A stretch of DNA of 64,000 bases from positions 1 through 64,000 of the IMG/VR virus record IMGVR_UViG_2806310985_000007, one strand, 5' to 3'. The translations under genes and the position numbers were made by a program. Positions 35,196 through 44,610 of the stretch are shown here, piece by piece (within the stretch, counting starts at the first letter, position 1; each line of letters starts with the position of its first letter). This DNA is from a virus (lineage: Duplodnaviria > Caudoviricetes). The notes below the pieces were generated by a model that was not told where the DNA came from, made no database searches, and saw only the letters and a list, made by a program, of their open reading frames with translations.

Positions 35196-35779
35196 TAGAG
35201 CAGAGCACCTCCATCCTGCATTTCCTGCATCTCAAACAATACCCGTGCTGTTTTTCCCTCCGCAAGCGTCACCCTGTGCTTGGAATCCCAGGCGGCGCTG
35301 TACTGGTAGAAGCCCTCTTTTTTCTCCGGGCTGCCGTTTCTGGTGCATTCCCGTGTGGATGCCAGAAGAGCAAGGTCATCTTCCGCAGAGAGCGCACCCG
35401 GAAAAGAAACCTTCTGGCCGCCCACACCCTGGGCCAGTTTGACCGAGCCGCCCTCCATATCCGACTTGGGATAGAGATGCACATCCAGCCCTGCGGAGGT
35501 CTGCCCAAGATTAAAGAGGATGACCGTTTCCTCGCCCCGCACCACGCCGTTGAACCAGACGGGCGCCTTGACCTCGCCGTTCTCCCGGAACTTTTGGAGG
35601 AACACCTCGGTGTGGGGCGTGTATCCCGTCAGGGCAGCGCCTTCCTGCAATTGCAGGTCAGTAAAATAAATCGTGCCGGAGCAGTCCGTGATGGTAGGCT
35701 TCACGGTGACGCTTACGACACGCATATCCTGTTTCCGGTTAATGACCTCCGCCAGCCGGATAAAAGCGACCTTACCCAT
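35195..35779 (-). CDS. Tail-tip accessory protein
   Basis: N-terminal half jelly-roll motif GTIYFTDLQLQEG..LTGY. Confidence 0.75.
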   Translation of the reverse strand: MGKVAFIRLAEVINRKQDMRVVSVTVKPTITDCSGTIYFTDLQLQEGAALTGYTPHTEVFLQKFRENGEVKAPVWFNGVVRGEETVILFNLGQTSAGLDVHLYPKSDMEGGSVKLAQGVGGQKVSFPGALSAEDDLALLASTRECTRNGSPEKKEGFYQYSAAWDSKHRVTLAEGKTARVLFEMQEMQDGGALL

Positions 35780-35969
35780 CCAGCGTCCACTTCATCTCAC
35801 AGGGATGGCCTACCCATCCCGTGGCCACCGCCCCTGCCTGCAGGAGGATGTCCGTGATATAAAGAATCCCGGTGCAGTTGGTGATGCATACCCGCACCGT
35901 GATGGATTTGACCCTGGCGGAGTAATTCTCCGGCATGATTTTGGCGGAGGTGGATGATAAATACGCCAT
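35772..35969 (-). CDS. 65-aa tail-tip peptide, in frame with the upstream tail gene
   Basis: GGAGG RBS; TGILYITDILLQAG.VATGW. Confidence 0.7.
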   Translation of the reverse strand: MAYLSSTSAKIMPENYSARVKSITVRVCITNCTGILYITDILLQAGAVATGWVGHPCEMKWTLDG

Positions 35970-35978
35970 AGCTGCCTC

Positions 35979-38504
35979 CTAATACAAATCTATAAATCGG
36001 CTCTCCGTGCTGCCGTCCTCATACTCAATGACCACTTCAATGCCCACCTGGGCGTCGTCGCTCAGCTTCTCCAGATTTTCCGAGCCGATCTGCGCCGACA
36101 GGGTGTAGCTGGAGCGGTTGGCGGGATAAACGGTCTGGGAGAGGCTTTTGGTCATGCCTGCCACGCCCTCTGCCTTGAAGGAAGCCGTGCCGGATGCGCC
36201 GTTTTCGCCGTCCGCTTCAAAGCCGGAGCTGACCCAATAGGCAAGCCCGTCATCAGCGCGGGAGTTTCGCAGCAGGTTAAAGGGAACCATTTCCCGGATA
36301 TCGTTATTGGACACCATACTGGTGCCCTCCAGGGAATCCGCCGCATTGTCCCACTGGCTGGCAGAGCTGCCCAGGTTTTTGAGCGTAGTGGAAAGCTCCA
36401 GCACCGTGTTCCACGGCTCCTGCAGGTTATACTCCCGGCGGACGATACGGGTGGTGACCGAAAGCCCCAGCTCCTTATCCTCCACACGGACATAATCCCC
36501 AAGCTCCCAGGCTTCATGCTCGTAGCCTGTCAGCACAGATAAGTCCATCGCATTCAGCACATAGGAGATGGTGGGCTTTGCGTAATCCGCCAGCCGCATC
36601 TCAGCGTATTCCTTCATCTGGTAGGGGTTCGTGAAGGAGGAGCAGTCCAGGGTGGAGATGCGCACCTCGTTTGTGTAGGTGAAATCCTCCACATAGGCTT
36701 TTCCGCCGTTGATGTCGGCAAAGGTCATCCCTTCCGCGCCTACAGCGTAGAGCCTTGTCACAAGCTCCCTGGTATCCACCACACGCTGGATGGATTTCAT
36801 GTTTTTCCTGTAGGCAAACAGCGCGCCGCTGTCCCTGCCGTTTACCGTCAGCAGATGCACCAGACGGTTGGGGCAGTCAAAGACCAGGTCGCCGCCGTGA
36901 AGGTCTGCTGTATTTCTGAGGATGGACAGGGCATTCTTTTCCGTACTGGTCCAGGTGCGCTTTGTCCGTACCGTCACCGTACCGACGCTCCACTCGGTGC
37001 CCTCTAAGGCGTAGGCCATCGCGGTTTCCGGGTATTCCGCTTCAAAGGTTCTTTCTTCCTTGCGGACAGAGAATGTCAGGTCATAGAACTCCGCCTCCGC
37101 ATACACCTCGGTCACGGCGCTGCCGTCCGTATCCCTGGTATCGGTGACCGTCCTGACCTTGTACACATCGTCCACGATCTGGATCTTCTTCTCGCTGTCG
37201 ATATACCCACGCTTGCCATCCCGGTAAGGGATCTTAAAGGAGAGGGTGTCCTCGCCGTTGATCTCGCCCGTGACAATGATGTCGTAGGCATTCTCCAGCA
37301 CCGCCTCCCATGCGCCATTCCTGTCCAGCACCACCGGCCTTGCGTAGCCGATCTTCTCATAGGGCGCTTTTGGGATGTCGTAGAGCCGGATATCGATGAG
37401 CTTTGGCGTCCGTGCAGTGTCGGAAGTCGTGAGCGTTACCCGGAAACGGATATACGCCCTGTTGGGAGAGGCCAGCCGCCCGTCTGCCGGGACTGCCGCC
37501 CAATCGCTCCAATCGGTCAGGTTATCACTGGTTGATGTCTCCACAAAGGAAACCGCCGTTGTGCCGGAAATATACTCGCTGGTTACGGACACACGTCCCG
37601 TGCCGGAGAGGTTGCACTCAGCCGCCGCTGTAGTCAGCACGCCCTCGGACGGATACACACCGCCGGATGCCCGGAGCGTGACTGCTCCCGGCTCGGTAAT
37701 GCCGTCTACACTCCCGGAGGTATCCCCGGCGTTCGCCACCAGGGAGGAGCGGAAATAGTCCATCAAGTCCTCTGCGGTAAGTGAGGTATCGCAGTCTAAA
37801 AACCAGTCGTCCAGCCCTCCGGCATACCAGTAGGAATCGGCGTGCATTCCAAGGATCAGATCCGCTGTGCAGGAGCGGTTCAGTTCCCCGGTAAAGGTGA
37901 AAACCTCCGATGCCCACACAGTGCCGCTTTCACGGTCGCCCACTACATACTGTGCCGTCTTGTTATCCGGCTCGATCAGGCAGGCGATAAAATACCAGCC
38001 GCCGTTTACCAGGGAGAAGGACGGCGTGACCGTTTCATCCAGAATCAGGGAGCCGGTATCGTCATAGAGCATGACCCTCGGCCTGCCGCGGAAAAGGGAG
38101 AGGTAGAAGATCGGCTGACCGGGACCGTATCTTGTGTTGAAGATCGGGCAGTAGGTGTTTCCCACAGAATAGGTGGTGGGGTTCATCCAGCCGCCGCAGA
38201 GGATACGCCCTCCAAGCTCTGCGAAAATGCTGCCGTCATTTGCGACCTTCAGATAGGTCTGCTCTGTGGCAGGGCTGTTGATATTAAAACGAAAGTAATT
38301 GCCTTTCTGCCCGCTCCGCATAGACGCGGTGGTGCCGCTCCAGTTGTTAATGAAGGCAGGTCTTCCCGCACCGGAGGAATCCAGAAGGTTGTTGTTTTCA
38401 TCGGGAGCGGATTCGTTCATCCGCCACAGGCCGTCCTTTGCCCACTCGGCTGGGAACTCGCCTGTGAAGTCTGTCTGTTGATTCAGTATTGTCTTTAGCG
38501 CCAT
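35979..38504 (-). CDS. Tail spike/Tal-like protein with LamG-like N-terminal domain
   Basis: LWRMNE, LamG-like core, VTRLYAVGAEG prophage-tail motif, GDYVRVED.ELG. Confidence 0.8.
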   Translation of the reverse strand: MALKTILNQQTDFTGEFPAEWAKDGLWRMNESAPDENNNLLDSSGAGRPAFINNWSGTTASMRSGQKGNYFRFNINSPATEQTYLKVANDGSIFAELGGRILCGGWMNPTTYSVGNTYCPIFNTRYGPGQPIFYLSLFRGRPRVMLYDDTGSLILDETVTPSFSLVNGGWYFIACLIEPDNKTAQYVVGDRESGTVWASEVFTFTGELNRSCTADLILGMHADSYWYAGGLDDWFLDCDTSLTAEDLMDYFRSSLVANAGDTSGSVDGITEPGAVTLRASGGVYPSEGVLTTAAAECNLSGTGRVSVTSEYISGTTAVSFVETSTSDNLTDWSDWAAVPADGRLASPNRAYIRFRVTLTTSDTARTPKLIDIRLYDIPKAPYEKIGYARPVVLDRNGAWEAVLENAYDIIVTGEINGEDTLSFKIPYRDGKRGYIDSEKKIQIVDDVYKVRTVTDTRDTDGSAVTEVYAEAEFYDLTFSVRKEERTFEAEYPETAMAYALEGTEWSVGTVTVRTKRTWTSTEKNALSILRNTADLHGGDLVFDCPNRLVHLLTVNGRDSGALFAYRKNMKSIQRVVDTRELVTRLYAVGAEGMTFADINGGKAYVEDFTYTNEVRISTLDCSSFTNPYQMKEYAEMRLADYAKPTISYVLNAMDLSVLTGYEHEAWELGDYVRVEDKELGLSVTTRIVRREYNLQEPWNTVLELSTTLKNLGSSASQWDNAADSLEGTSMVSNNDIREMVPFNLLRNSRADDGLAYWVSSGFEADGENGASGTASFKAEGVAGMTKSLSQTVYPANRSSYTLSAQIGSENLEKLSDDAQVGIEVVIEYEDGSTESRFIDLY

Positions 38505-38510
38505 CGCCGC

Positions 38511-39287
38511 TCACCTCCATCTGCTCCTTGCCTGTATTTCAAGCCCCGTAAACACAGCGTTTGACGCTGCCACGGAGACAGTATTGTTACCCACAGAAAG
38601 CGTGGGAAAATTCAGTTCCTCCAGATACGGCAGCCCGTTTCGCACCGTAATGCCGTTTTCATCCTCTACATAGGCGGTCATGCGGTCGGTATCCACCACC
38701 AGCGTTTCGCCCGCCGCAAGGGTGGCGTTAACGATCTTTAATTCCTGCCCGTTGGTCGTAATGCTGATATAGTTTCCTACTGCGGAGGTAATTTCTCCCT
38801 CAATACGGTAGATGGGATTCGACTCCATGTTCCCGGTATGCCGGGTTATGGTATGGCTGCCCTCCGCCGTGATGGAAAAGGTTTCATCCTCAATGGCGTA
38901 GCCAAAGGGGTCAGGGCAGAAAAAGGTCAGCTCAAAGCTGCCGGAGGAGCGCAGGAGCCGTTCGCACTCTACCGCAGCGTTCAGTCTTGCCATGAAATAC
39001 CGGTCCGGCACATCATCCAGAATCAGCTGCTTCAAACCGCCCACCGGGTCAAGCCACGCCGCAATATCATCCAGCGTGGAAACCAGGGCGGGAAAGCTGT
39101 GCCTTGGGAAGATGCTGCAGGAAACCACGATCTCCCGGTAGTCAAAGTCCGCTCCGAAGTCGGTAACGCCATACTTTCCGGGAACGGTCGTGGTAAAGTT
39201 GCGGAGCCGCCCGCTGACCTGCCAGGAGGTCAGCCTTGCTTTCAGTCCCATGCTCTTTGAAGTAATGTCATTGTATGAAAAGCCCAT
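38511..39287 (-). CDS. Distal tail protein (Dit)
   Basis: VPGKYG, L.LDD.PDRYF.A, F.CPDPF.Y; follows the tape measure gene. Confidence 0.85.
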   Translation of the reverse strand: MGFSYNDITSKSMGLKARLTSWQVSGRLRNFTTTVPGKYGVTDFGADFDYREIVVSCSIFPRHSFPALVSTLDDIAAWLDPVGGLKQLILDDVPDRYFMARLNAAVECERLLRSSGSFELTFFCPDPFGYAIEDETFSITAEGSHTITRHTGNMESNPIYRIEGEITSAVGNYISITTNGQELKIVNATLAAGETLVVDTDRMTAYVEDENGITVRNGLPYLEELNFPTLSVGNNTVSVAASNAVFTGLEIQARSRWR

Positions 39288-39301
39288 AGACTGCACCCCC
39301 T

Positions 39302-41965
39302 TTAAGCTGTACTAAATCTTCCCTGGGCGCGGGAACCGGTCTGGATCAGGTTGTAAAGCTCCTGGGAGATCCTGCGGATATCGTCCTCGCTGCGGACGAT
39401 CATCTGCTGAATGGTGATGAGGGTTCCGAAAGAGGTGCCGCCCGTTCCGCCCATGCCGCCGGCCACGGAACCCGCCATCCCGGCTGTGTCAAAGGCAAAG
39501 TTCGAGGGGACAGCGGACTGCATATCCGCCGCCAGGCCGTTCATCACGCCCAGGATGCCGTTGTTCAAATCCTCTGCGGCGCTGATAGCCGCGCCTGCGC
39601 CGTCCTCGATGCCGCCGGCAAGTCCCTGGGTCAGCATATCGCCCACCCACGCCATCTCTCTGGACGGGGAGGAAATGCCGAAGAAGCCCTTGATTTTACT
39701 AAGCAGGTTCGAGCAGAAGCCGCTGACCTTGTTCCACAGCCAGCTTGCCGCATTCCCGATACCGTTCCAGATGCCCTTGATGAGGTTCAGGCCGATATTT
39801 GCCATCTGGGACACACCGCTTGCAAAGCCCTTCACGATGGCGGAGATGATCTGCGGCACCGCCTTTACGATCTCCACAATGATTTTCGGAAGGTTGGCGA
39901 TCAGGGCCACAAAAAGCTGTACGCCGGCCAGGATGATCTTGTCGATGTTCCCGACAAGGGCGTTGATGATGCTTGTAATGATCTGTGGGATTGCTCCTAC
40001 AATGGTGGTAATGATGGTGGGCAGGTTCTGGATCAGGGAGATCAGCAGGTTTACCCCGGCTTCTATGATCTGCGGGATGCTGCCAAGGATCGCCGTCACC
40101 AGTCCGTCGATAATCTGTGGGATTGCCGCCACAATGGCTGTGATGATCTCCGGCAGTGCGGAAATCAGGGAGGTCAGAAGCTGTATCCCGGCGTCAATAA
40201 TTTGGGGGATCGCCCCGACGATAAACTCCACAAGTGCCGTGATGATGGCGGGCAAAGCCGCAATCAGAACAGGGATAGCATCTAAAAGCCCCTGTGCCAG
40301 TCCCAGAATCAGCTGCAGGGCAGCGTCTAAAATCATGGGCAAGTTTTCAATCAGCGTCTGCACGATCTGCGTCACCACAAGGACGATCTGCGGAATCAGA
40401 GTAGGAACCGCCTCGGCAATGCCCTGCGCCAATGTAACAATGATCTGCGCCGCGCCCTCCACCACGACAGGAAGGCTCTGGATGATGCCAGAAAGAAGCG
40501 AGGTCAATATCTGCATCCCGGTGTCCACAAACTGCGGCAGCATGGAAACCGCCGTATTCACAAGCCCCGTGATGGCTCCCGCAAAGGCTTCATCCGCACC
40601 GTCCACACCGTTTATCATATCGGTAAAGGCAGAGATGACCTCAGAAATGGCGGGAAGGAACTCCGCCCGCAGGCTGTTCTTCACATTGGAGATGGTCTCC
40701 CCAAGCCCCGCCAGCGTCTCATCCAACTGGGCCTGTCCCTCCCTGGAAGCCACCAGCGCCTCATTGTTGCGGTAAAACGCGCCGCTTGCCTCGTCATACG
40801 CCCCGGAGAGGGTCTCCATGATGAGACGGTTCCGTTCGCTCTCATCCGAGCAGGCCGCCAGCTTCTCGTTGAATTCGTCCTCGCTGATACCTACCCAGTT
40901 TAAGGCGTCCGCCAGGGAACCCGTGACCTGTCCCACCTTGGCAGTCTCGTTTGCCGACTCGATCATGCCCTCGATGGGGAGGGCGTCGCCGAAAGTGCCG
41001 TAAACGCCTGCGGCAATGTTCGTCCACTTGGTGATGTCCTGCTCATTTTGGGCAAGCTGCGCCAACAGCTGTGACGCTTCCGTGGCCGTGTCCGTATCGC
41101 CCAGGATTTTGTAAAACTCGTTGTAAGATTTCTGCGCCGCCTCGCCGCTGTAGCCGGCCGCCTCAAAGGCGGTGGTCAGCTTGCCCTGGGCTACCCGGTA
41201 TTCCTCCGTGGCTTCGTCCAAGTTCCAGATGGCGCTGCCAAGCTCCTTGATACCGTTTAATGCCGCCTGGATACCGGAGGAGATGAGGTTGCCCATCGCC
41301 ACCGTGGCTACCGAAAAGCCGGAGCCTAATTTATCCGCCCCTTCAGAGGCATCCTCCAGCGAATCGCCAAGATCCTCCGCCACATCCCCGGCGTCCTTCA
41401 TCCGCTCCCGGTTTTCCCGAAGTTCCACGGAAAGCCGGGAGATGCGTCCTTCCAGTTCCTTTGCCTCACTGGAGCCTTTACCGTACTGCAGCACGGCATT
41501 GGAATAGGCGCGCTTCATCCCTGCAAGCGCATCCTCCTGCCGGGCGATCTCCTGGGAGAGACGTTCCGTAGCGTCCGCTGCGTCTGTTTCCTCCCGGGAA
41601 AGGGCTTCAATGGCGCGCTCATTATCGGAAAGCTCCCGCTCCATGCTGTTTAAGGCGGCTTCTGCGTTATTGAGCTGGATCTGCCAGTTCTGCGTGCGGC
41701 GGTCGTTCTCCCCAAAGGAATCTGCGGCGTTCCGGAGGGCGGCCCGCAGGGTTTCCACCTTGTTTTTCTGTGCTTCGATTTCCTTATTCAGCACAGTGTT
41801 CCTTGCGGAAAGCGCCTGCACGGACTTATCGTTTTTGTCAAACTGTGAGGACACCAGCTTCATTTCAGAGCCAAGCACCTTGAAGGACTGGTTGATCTCG
41901 GACAAGGCCTTTTTAAATTCCTTCTCGCCCTCAATGCCGATCTTCAGACCGAAATTATCCGCCAC
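39302..41965 (-). CDS. Tape measure protein
   Basis: GLKIGIEGEKEFK N-terminus, coiled coil, LPxII periodic repeats, FFGISSPS. Confidence 0.92.
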   Translation of the reverse strand: MADNFGLKIGIEGEKEFKKALSEINQSFKVLGSEMKLVSSQFDKNDKSVQALSARNTVLNKEIEAQKNKVETLRAALRNAADSFGENDRRTQNWQIQLNNAEAALNSMERELSDNERAIEALSREETDAADATERLSQEIARQEDALAGMKRAYSNAVLQYGKGSSEAKELEGRISRLSVELRENRERMKDAGDVAEDLGDSLEDASEGADKLGSGFSVATVAMGNLISSGIQAALNGIKELGSAIWNLDEATEEYRVAQGKLTTAFEAAGYSGEAAQKSYNEFYKILGDTDTATEASQLLAQLAQNEQDITKWTNIAAGVYGTFGDALPIEGMIESANETAKVGQVTGSLADALNWVGISEDEFNEKLAACSDESERNRLIMETLSGAYDEASGAFYRNNEALVASREGQAQLDETLAGLGETISNVKNSLRAEFLPAISEVISAFTDMINGVDGADEAFAGAITGLVNTAVSMLPQFVDTGMQILTSLLSGIIQSLPVVVEGAAQIIVTLAQGIAEAVPTLIPQIVLVVTQIVQTLIENLPMILDAALQLILGLAQGLLDAIPVLIAALPAIITALVEFIVGAIPQIIDAGIQLLTSLISALPEIITAIVAAIPQIIDGLVTAILGSIPQIIEAGVNLLISLIQNLPTIITTIVGAIPQIITSIINALVGNIDKIILAGVQLFVALIANLPKIIVEIVKAVPQIISAIVKGFASGVSQMANIGLNLIKGIWNGIGNAASWLWNKVSGFCSNLLSKIKGFFGISSPSREMAWVGDMLTQGLAGGIEDGAGAAISAAEDLNNGILGVMNGLAADMQSAVPSNFAFDTAGMAGSVAGGMGGTGGTSFGTLITIQQMIVRSEDDIRRISQELYNLIQTGSRAQGRFSTA

Positions 41966-41983
41966 GGGCTGCACCTCCTCTCC

Positions 41984-42552
41984 TTAAATTCCATAGGGAA
42001 TCACATCGTCAATGGTCAGCACCTGCTTCGGTCTTGCGATCCCCATAAACTGCTTATGGCATTCCCAGAGGTCCATAAGCAGGCCAAACGGCATGAGCCA
42101 CACTTCATCCTGCGAGAGACTCAGATGGGCCATGCCGTAATACAAAAGCCGGGTAAACAATTCTTCATCGCTTACCCGGCCGCCGTGTTTTTTCCCTCCG
42201 GCTCACTTTCCACGTTCCGCTTGGTACCCCGGTACATTGCCTCCATGATGGCGTCCTTGTAATCCGTCAGCTCCATCGGGGAGGTGAGAAGCTCCACCTC
42301 ATCGGCAGTCAGCTCCGGCTTTTTGTCCTCCGGGTGTTTCAGGTTATGGACGAGGATAGGCTGGTTGCACAGAAGGGTGATCAGCCACACGATCTCGTCC
42401 AGAGCCATCTCAAAATTTTCCGCTTTCATCAGCTTCTCGCCCAGGTTCTCTAAGCCCCCGTAGCGTCCGGCGATGGCCTTGGTCGCCCTGGTGGTCAGGA
42501 GCATTTCGTATTCCTGCCCGCCGATATTGACAGTAGCTGTTCTTTCATCCAT
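41984..42552 (-). CDS. Tail assembly chaperone with -1 frameshift extension (short form 42172-42552)
   Basis: GGGAAAAAAC slippery site at 42187-42196; -1 frame reads KHGGRVSDEELFTRLLYYGMAHL...IPYGI*. Confidence 0.8.
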
Positions 42553-42568
42553 ATCTCCAAACCTCCTA

Positions 42569-43180
42569 TTACCCTTCGCCGCCTGCGCCCGACGTCTGAT
42601 CCGCATAGGACGGCTCATAGACCTCATCGTACCAGCCCGTGATAACCGTGGGAGACACGCCGGCGTCCCCCTCGGTGACCTCAGCCTTCCAGGGGTGCTT
42701 GCCCTGGCCGTCCACCTTGTTGCGGCGCATGACTGTTCCCTCGATAGTAGGCGTGGAGAATTCAATGCTCTCGCCCTTGGTGGTCAGGTTGGTGGCAGGG
42801 ATGCCGAACTTCACCTTGTACAGCCAGAAATAGCGGTACTTGCCGTTTGCTTTCTTTGCACGAAAACCAATGGCGACAGGTGCGCCGCCGTCCTCACTGG
42901 CGGAGATGATAACGCCGTTCTGGTCGATTACCGCTCCTGTCAGGTCAGACGCAGCGGCTGCGCCGATATCGTCCACGCCAAGGGTGAGGGTGCCGCTCTG
43001 GAACTCCTTCACCACCTCCGCAGCGCCATCGTCCGCATACAGCGTCGCCTCAGCAAGCTCCACGGAAAGCTCTGCGGTCATGGCTTTCGCAAGGGATGCC
43101 GGAGTGGCGTAGGTCTCGTTGCCATCCTCATCTTCCGTGATTTTTGAATAGAAAAGTTTATCAAGGCCAATGGTAGCCAT
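42569..43180 (-). CDS. Major tail protein (phi13-like)
   Basis: MATIGLDKL, LYADDG, VAIGFRAKKANG.YRYFWLY. Confidence 0.92.
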   Translation of the reverse strand: MATIGLDKLFYSKITEDEDGNETYATPASLAKAMTAELSVELAEATLYADDGAAEVVKEFQSGTLTLGVDDIGAAAASDLTGAVIDQNGVIISASEDGGAPVAIGFRAKKANGKYRYFWLYKVKFGIPATNLTTKGESIEFSTPTIEGTVMRRNKVDGQGKHPWKAEVTEGDAGVSPTVITGWYDEVYEPSYADQTSGAGGEG

Positions 43181-43183
43181 ATC

Positions 43184-43525
43184 TCATTCCTCCGTTTCAT
43201 AGGTTTTCGCCACGTCAATGGCGTAGTGGTGGTAGCCGGTATCGTCCTCATGCCCGATATACCGTCTGTCCGTAATGGTAAAATCAGCGGAAAGCAAAGC
43301 TTTGGAAAGCTGCTTTTTCCGCTTCAGATAGTTGCCCCTGGAGAACAGGGAGAGCCGTGCCTCCTGGGTCTCGTATTCCGGCAGGTTATCCGCATGAAGC
43401 TCGTAGGTATCCGCAAGCGGCGTGACTACCACATATTCGTCCGGCGGTTCATCGGAGAACACGCCTGTTTCAACAGGCAGACCAACCGCTTCTATCACAA
43501 TTTTCAGTTCCGAAAGTAAACTCAA
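43184..43525 (-). CDS. Tail terminator/completion protein
   Basis: Synteny; GHEDDTGYHHY. Confidence 0.75.
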   Translation of the reverse strand: MSLLSELKIVIEAVGLPVETGVFSDEPPDEYVVVTPLADTYELHADNLPEYETQEARLSLFSRGNYLKRKKQLSKALLSADFTITDRRYIGHEDDTGYHHYAIDVAKTYETEE

Positions 43526-43953
43526 ATGTTCTCCACCTCCTCGTCCAGCTTTGCCTTCATGGCGCTGATACAGGCGTTTTTGGATGCCGACCGGGCGGGC
43601 TTCAGAAACGGCTTAGCAGGCTGGCCGCTTTTGCCGTATTCCAAAATGGTGGCGATCTTGGCATTGCTGTCGCCGTCCGAACGAGGCTCGGAAAAGCCCA
43701 CCTTTATGTCAAAATCCCCGTTCCTGTCCTGCAGGGCGGGAGAAGTGCCAAGGGAGCGTAAAAGCTCCCCGGTGCTTCTGGAGTCATACTTTGTCCCGCT
43801 GCCAATGACAGACTGCAGGTTGGAGCGCACCTTGTCTTCCACGACCTCTGCACCTGCCTCCAGCACTTTCGGGATGATCTCATCCGTCTTATCCGCCAGC
43901 CGGGATACCTTCATCAGAAAATCCTCCGGCATTTTCATTTGAACCTTAGCCAC
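43522..43953 (-). CDS. HK97 gp10-family protein
   Basis: TGEL..S, LEYGKSGQPAKPFLKPA. Confidence 0.88.
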   Translation of the reverse strand: MAKVQMKMPEDFLMKVSRLADKTDEIIPKVLEAGAEVVEDKVRSNLQSVIGSGTKYDSRSTGELLRSLGTSPALQDRNGDFDIKVGFSEPRSDGDSNAKIATILEYGKSGQPAKPFLKPARSASKNACISAMKAKLDEEVENI

Positions 43954-44278
43954 CTGCTTTCACCTCCATCCCCAGCACCTCCAGATACATCCCTCTGCCT
44001 TTGACATCCTCCACAGAAGTGATCTCGAAGGTATGCCCGTCACAGAGAATACGCATATCTGTGGTGATTTCCACACCTGGGATCACACGGAACCGAAAAA
44101 GGTCGGTGGCAGTGGAGAAGGACGCCATGTTCGCCCATTTCTCACTGCCATGCCGACCTTCCCGGTATGCCCGTACCTCAGCTACGGTCACATCCGTTTC
44201 CGTCTTGAAGCCGTCCTCATCCTGTGTAAACCGTTTCTCTACGATGGAAAGGAAGGTGTTCATCTTGCCAAAGCTCAT
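43946..44278 (-). CDS. Head closure/head-tail adaptor
   Basis: MSFGKMN...ITTDMRI...FEI.SV. Confidence 0.82.
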   Translation of the reverse strand: MSFGKMNTFLSIVEKRFTQDEDGFKTETDVTVAEVRAYREGRHGSEKWANMASFSTATDLFRFRVIPGVEITTDMRILCDGHTFEITSVEDVKGRGMYLEVLGMEVKAGG

Positions 44279-44280
44279 AC

Positions 44281-44592
44281 TCACACCTTCCAATCTCGGT
44301 CAAGCCGTAAGAGAAGGTTGACCGTGTTCCACACCTGCTGCGCCGCATTGGTGTTGTCTGCGAAGAAGCCGCCTGTGGAGCCGTCCCTGGACTCATAGAA
44401 ATGCGATGCCAGCATGATCACCGCCTGTTCGGTAGTGGCCGGCATCGCATTGTCTGTATAGTGGCCCTCCGGGATATGCTGGTAGCTTTCCGCATAGGAA
44501 ACAGCGGCGGTGATGTAGCCCTTCAGAAGTTCATCATCCGCCGAATGCTCCAGAATGAGATTGGCTTTTACTTTTGAAAGCAGTTCTTCCAT
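44281..44592 (-). CDS. Head-tail connector (gp6-like)
   Basis: VKANL..EH..DD.LL..YI.AA..YAE; HFYESR. Confidence 0.88.
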   Translation of the reverse strand: MEELLSKVKANLILEHSADDELLKGYITAAVSYAESYQHIPEGHYTDNAMPATTEQAVIMLASHFYESRDGSTGGFFADNTNAAQQVWNTVNLLLRLDRDWKV

Positions 44593-44610
44593 CACCGTCG
44601 CCTCCTTTTA

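Noticed and set aside
32727-38504. Diversity-generating retroelement at the tail tip
   Set aside because: No reverse transcriptase in the window; the two similar peptides are not an adenine-specific TR/VR nucleotide pair.
39411-40775. 454-aa plus-strand ORF
   Set aside because: Antisense shadow of the repetitive tape-measure gene.
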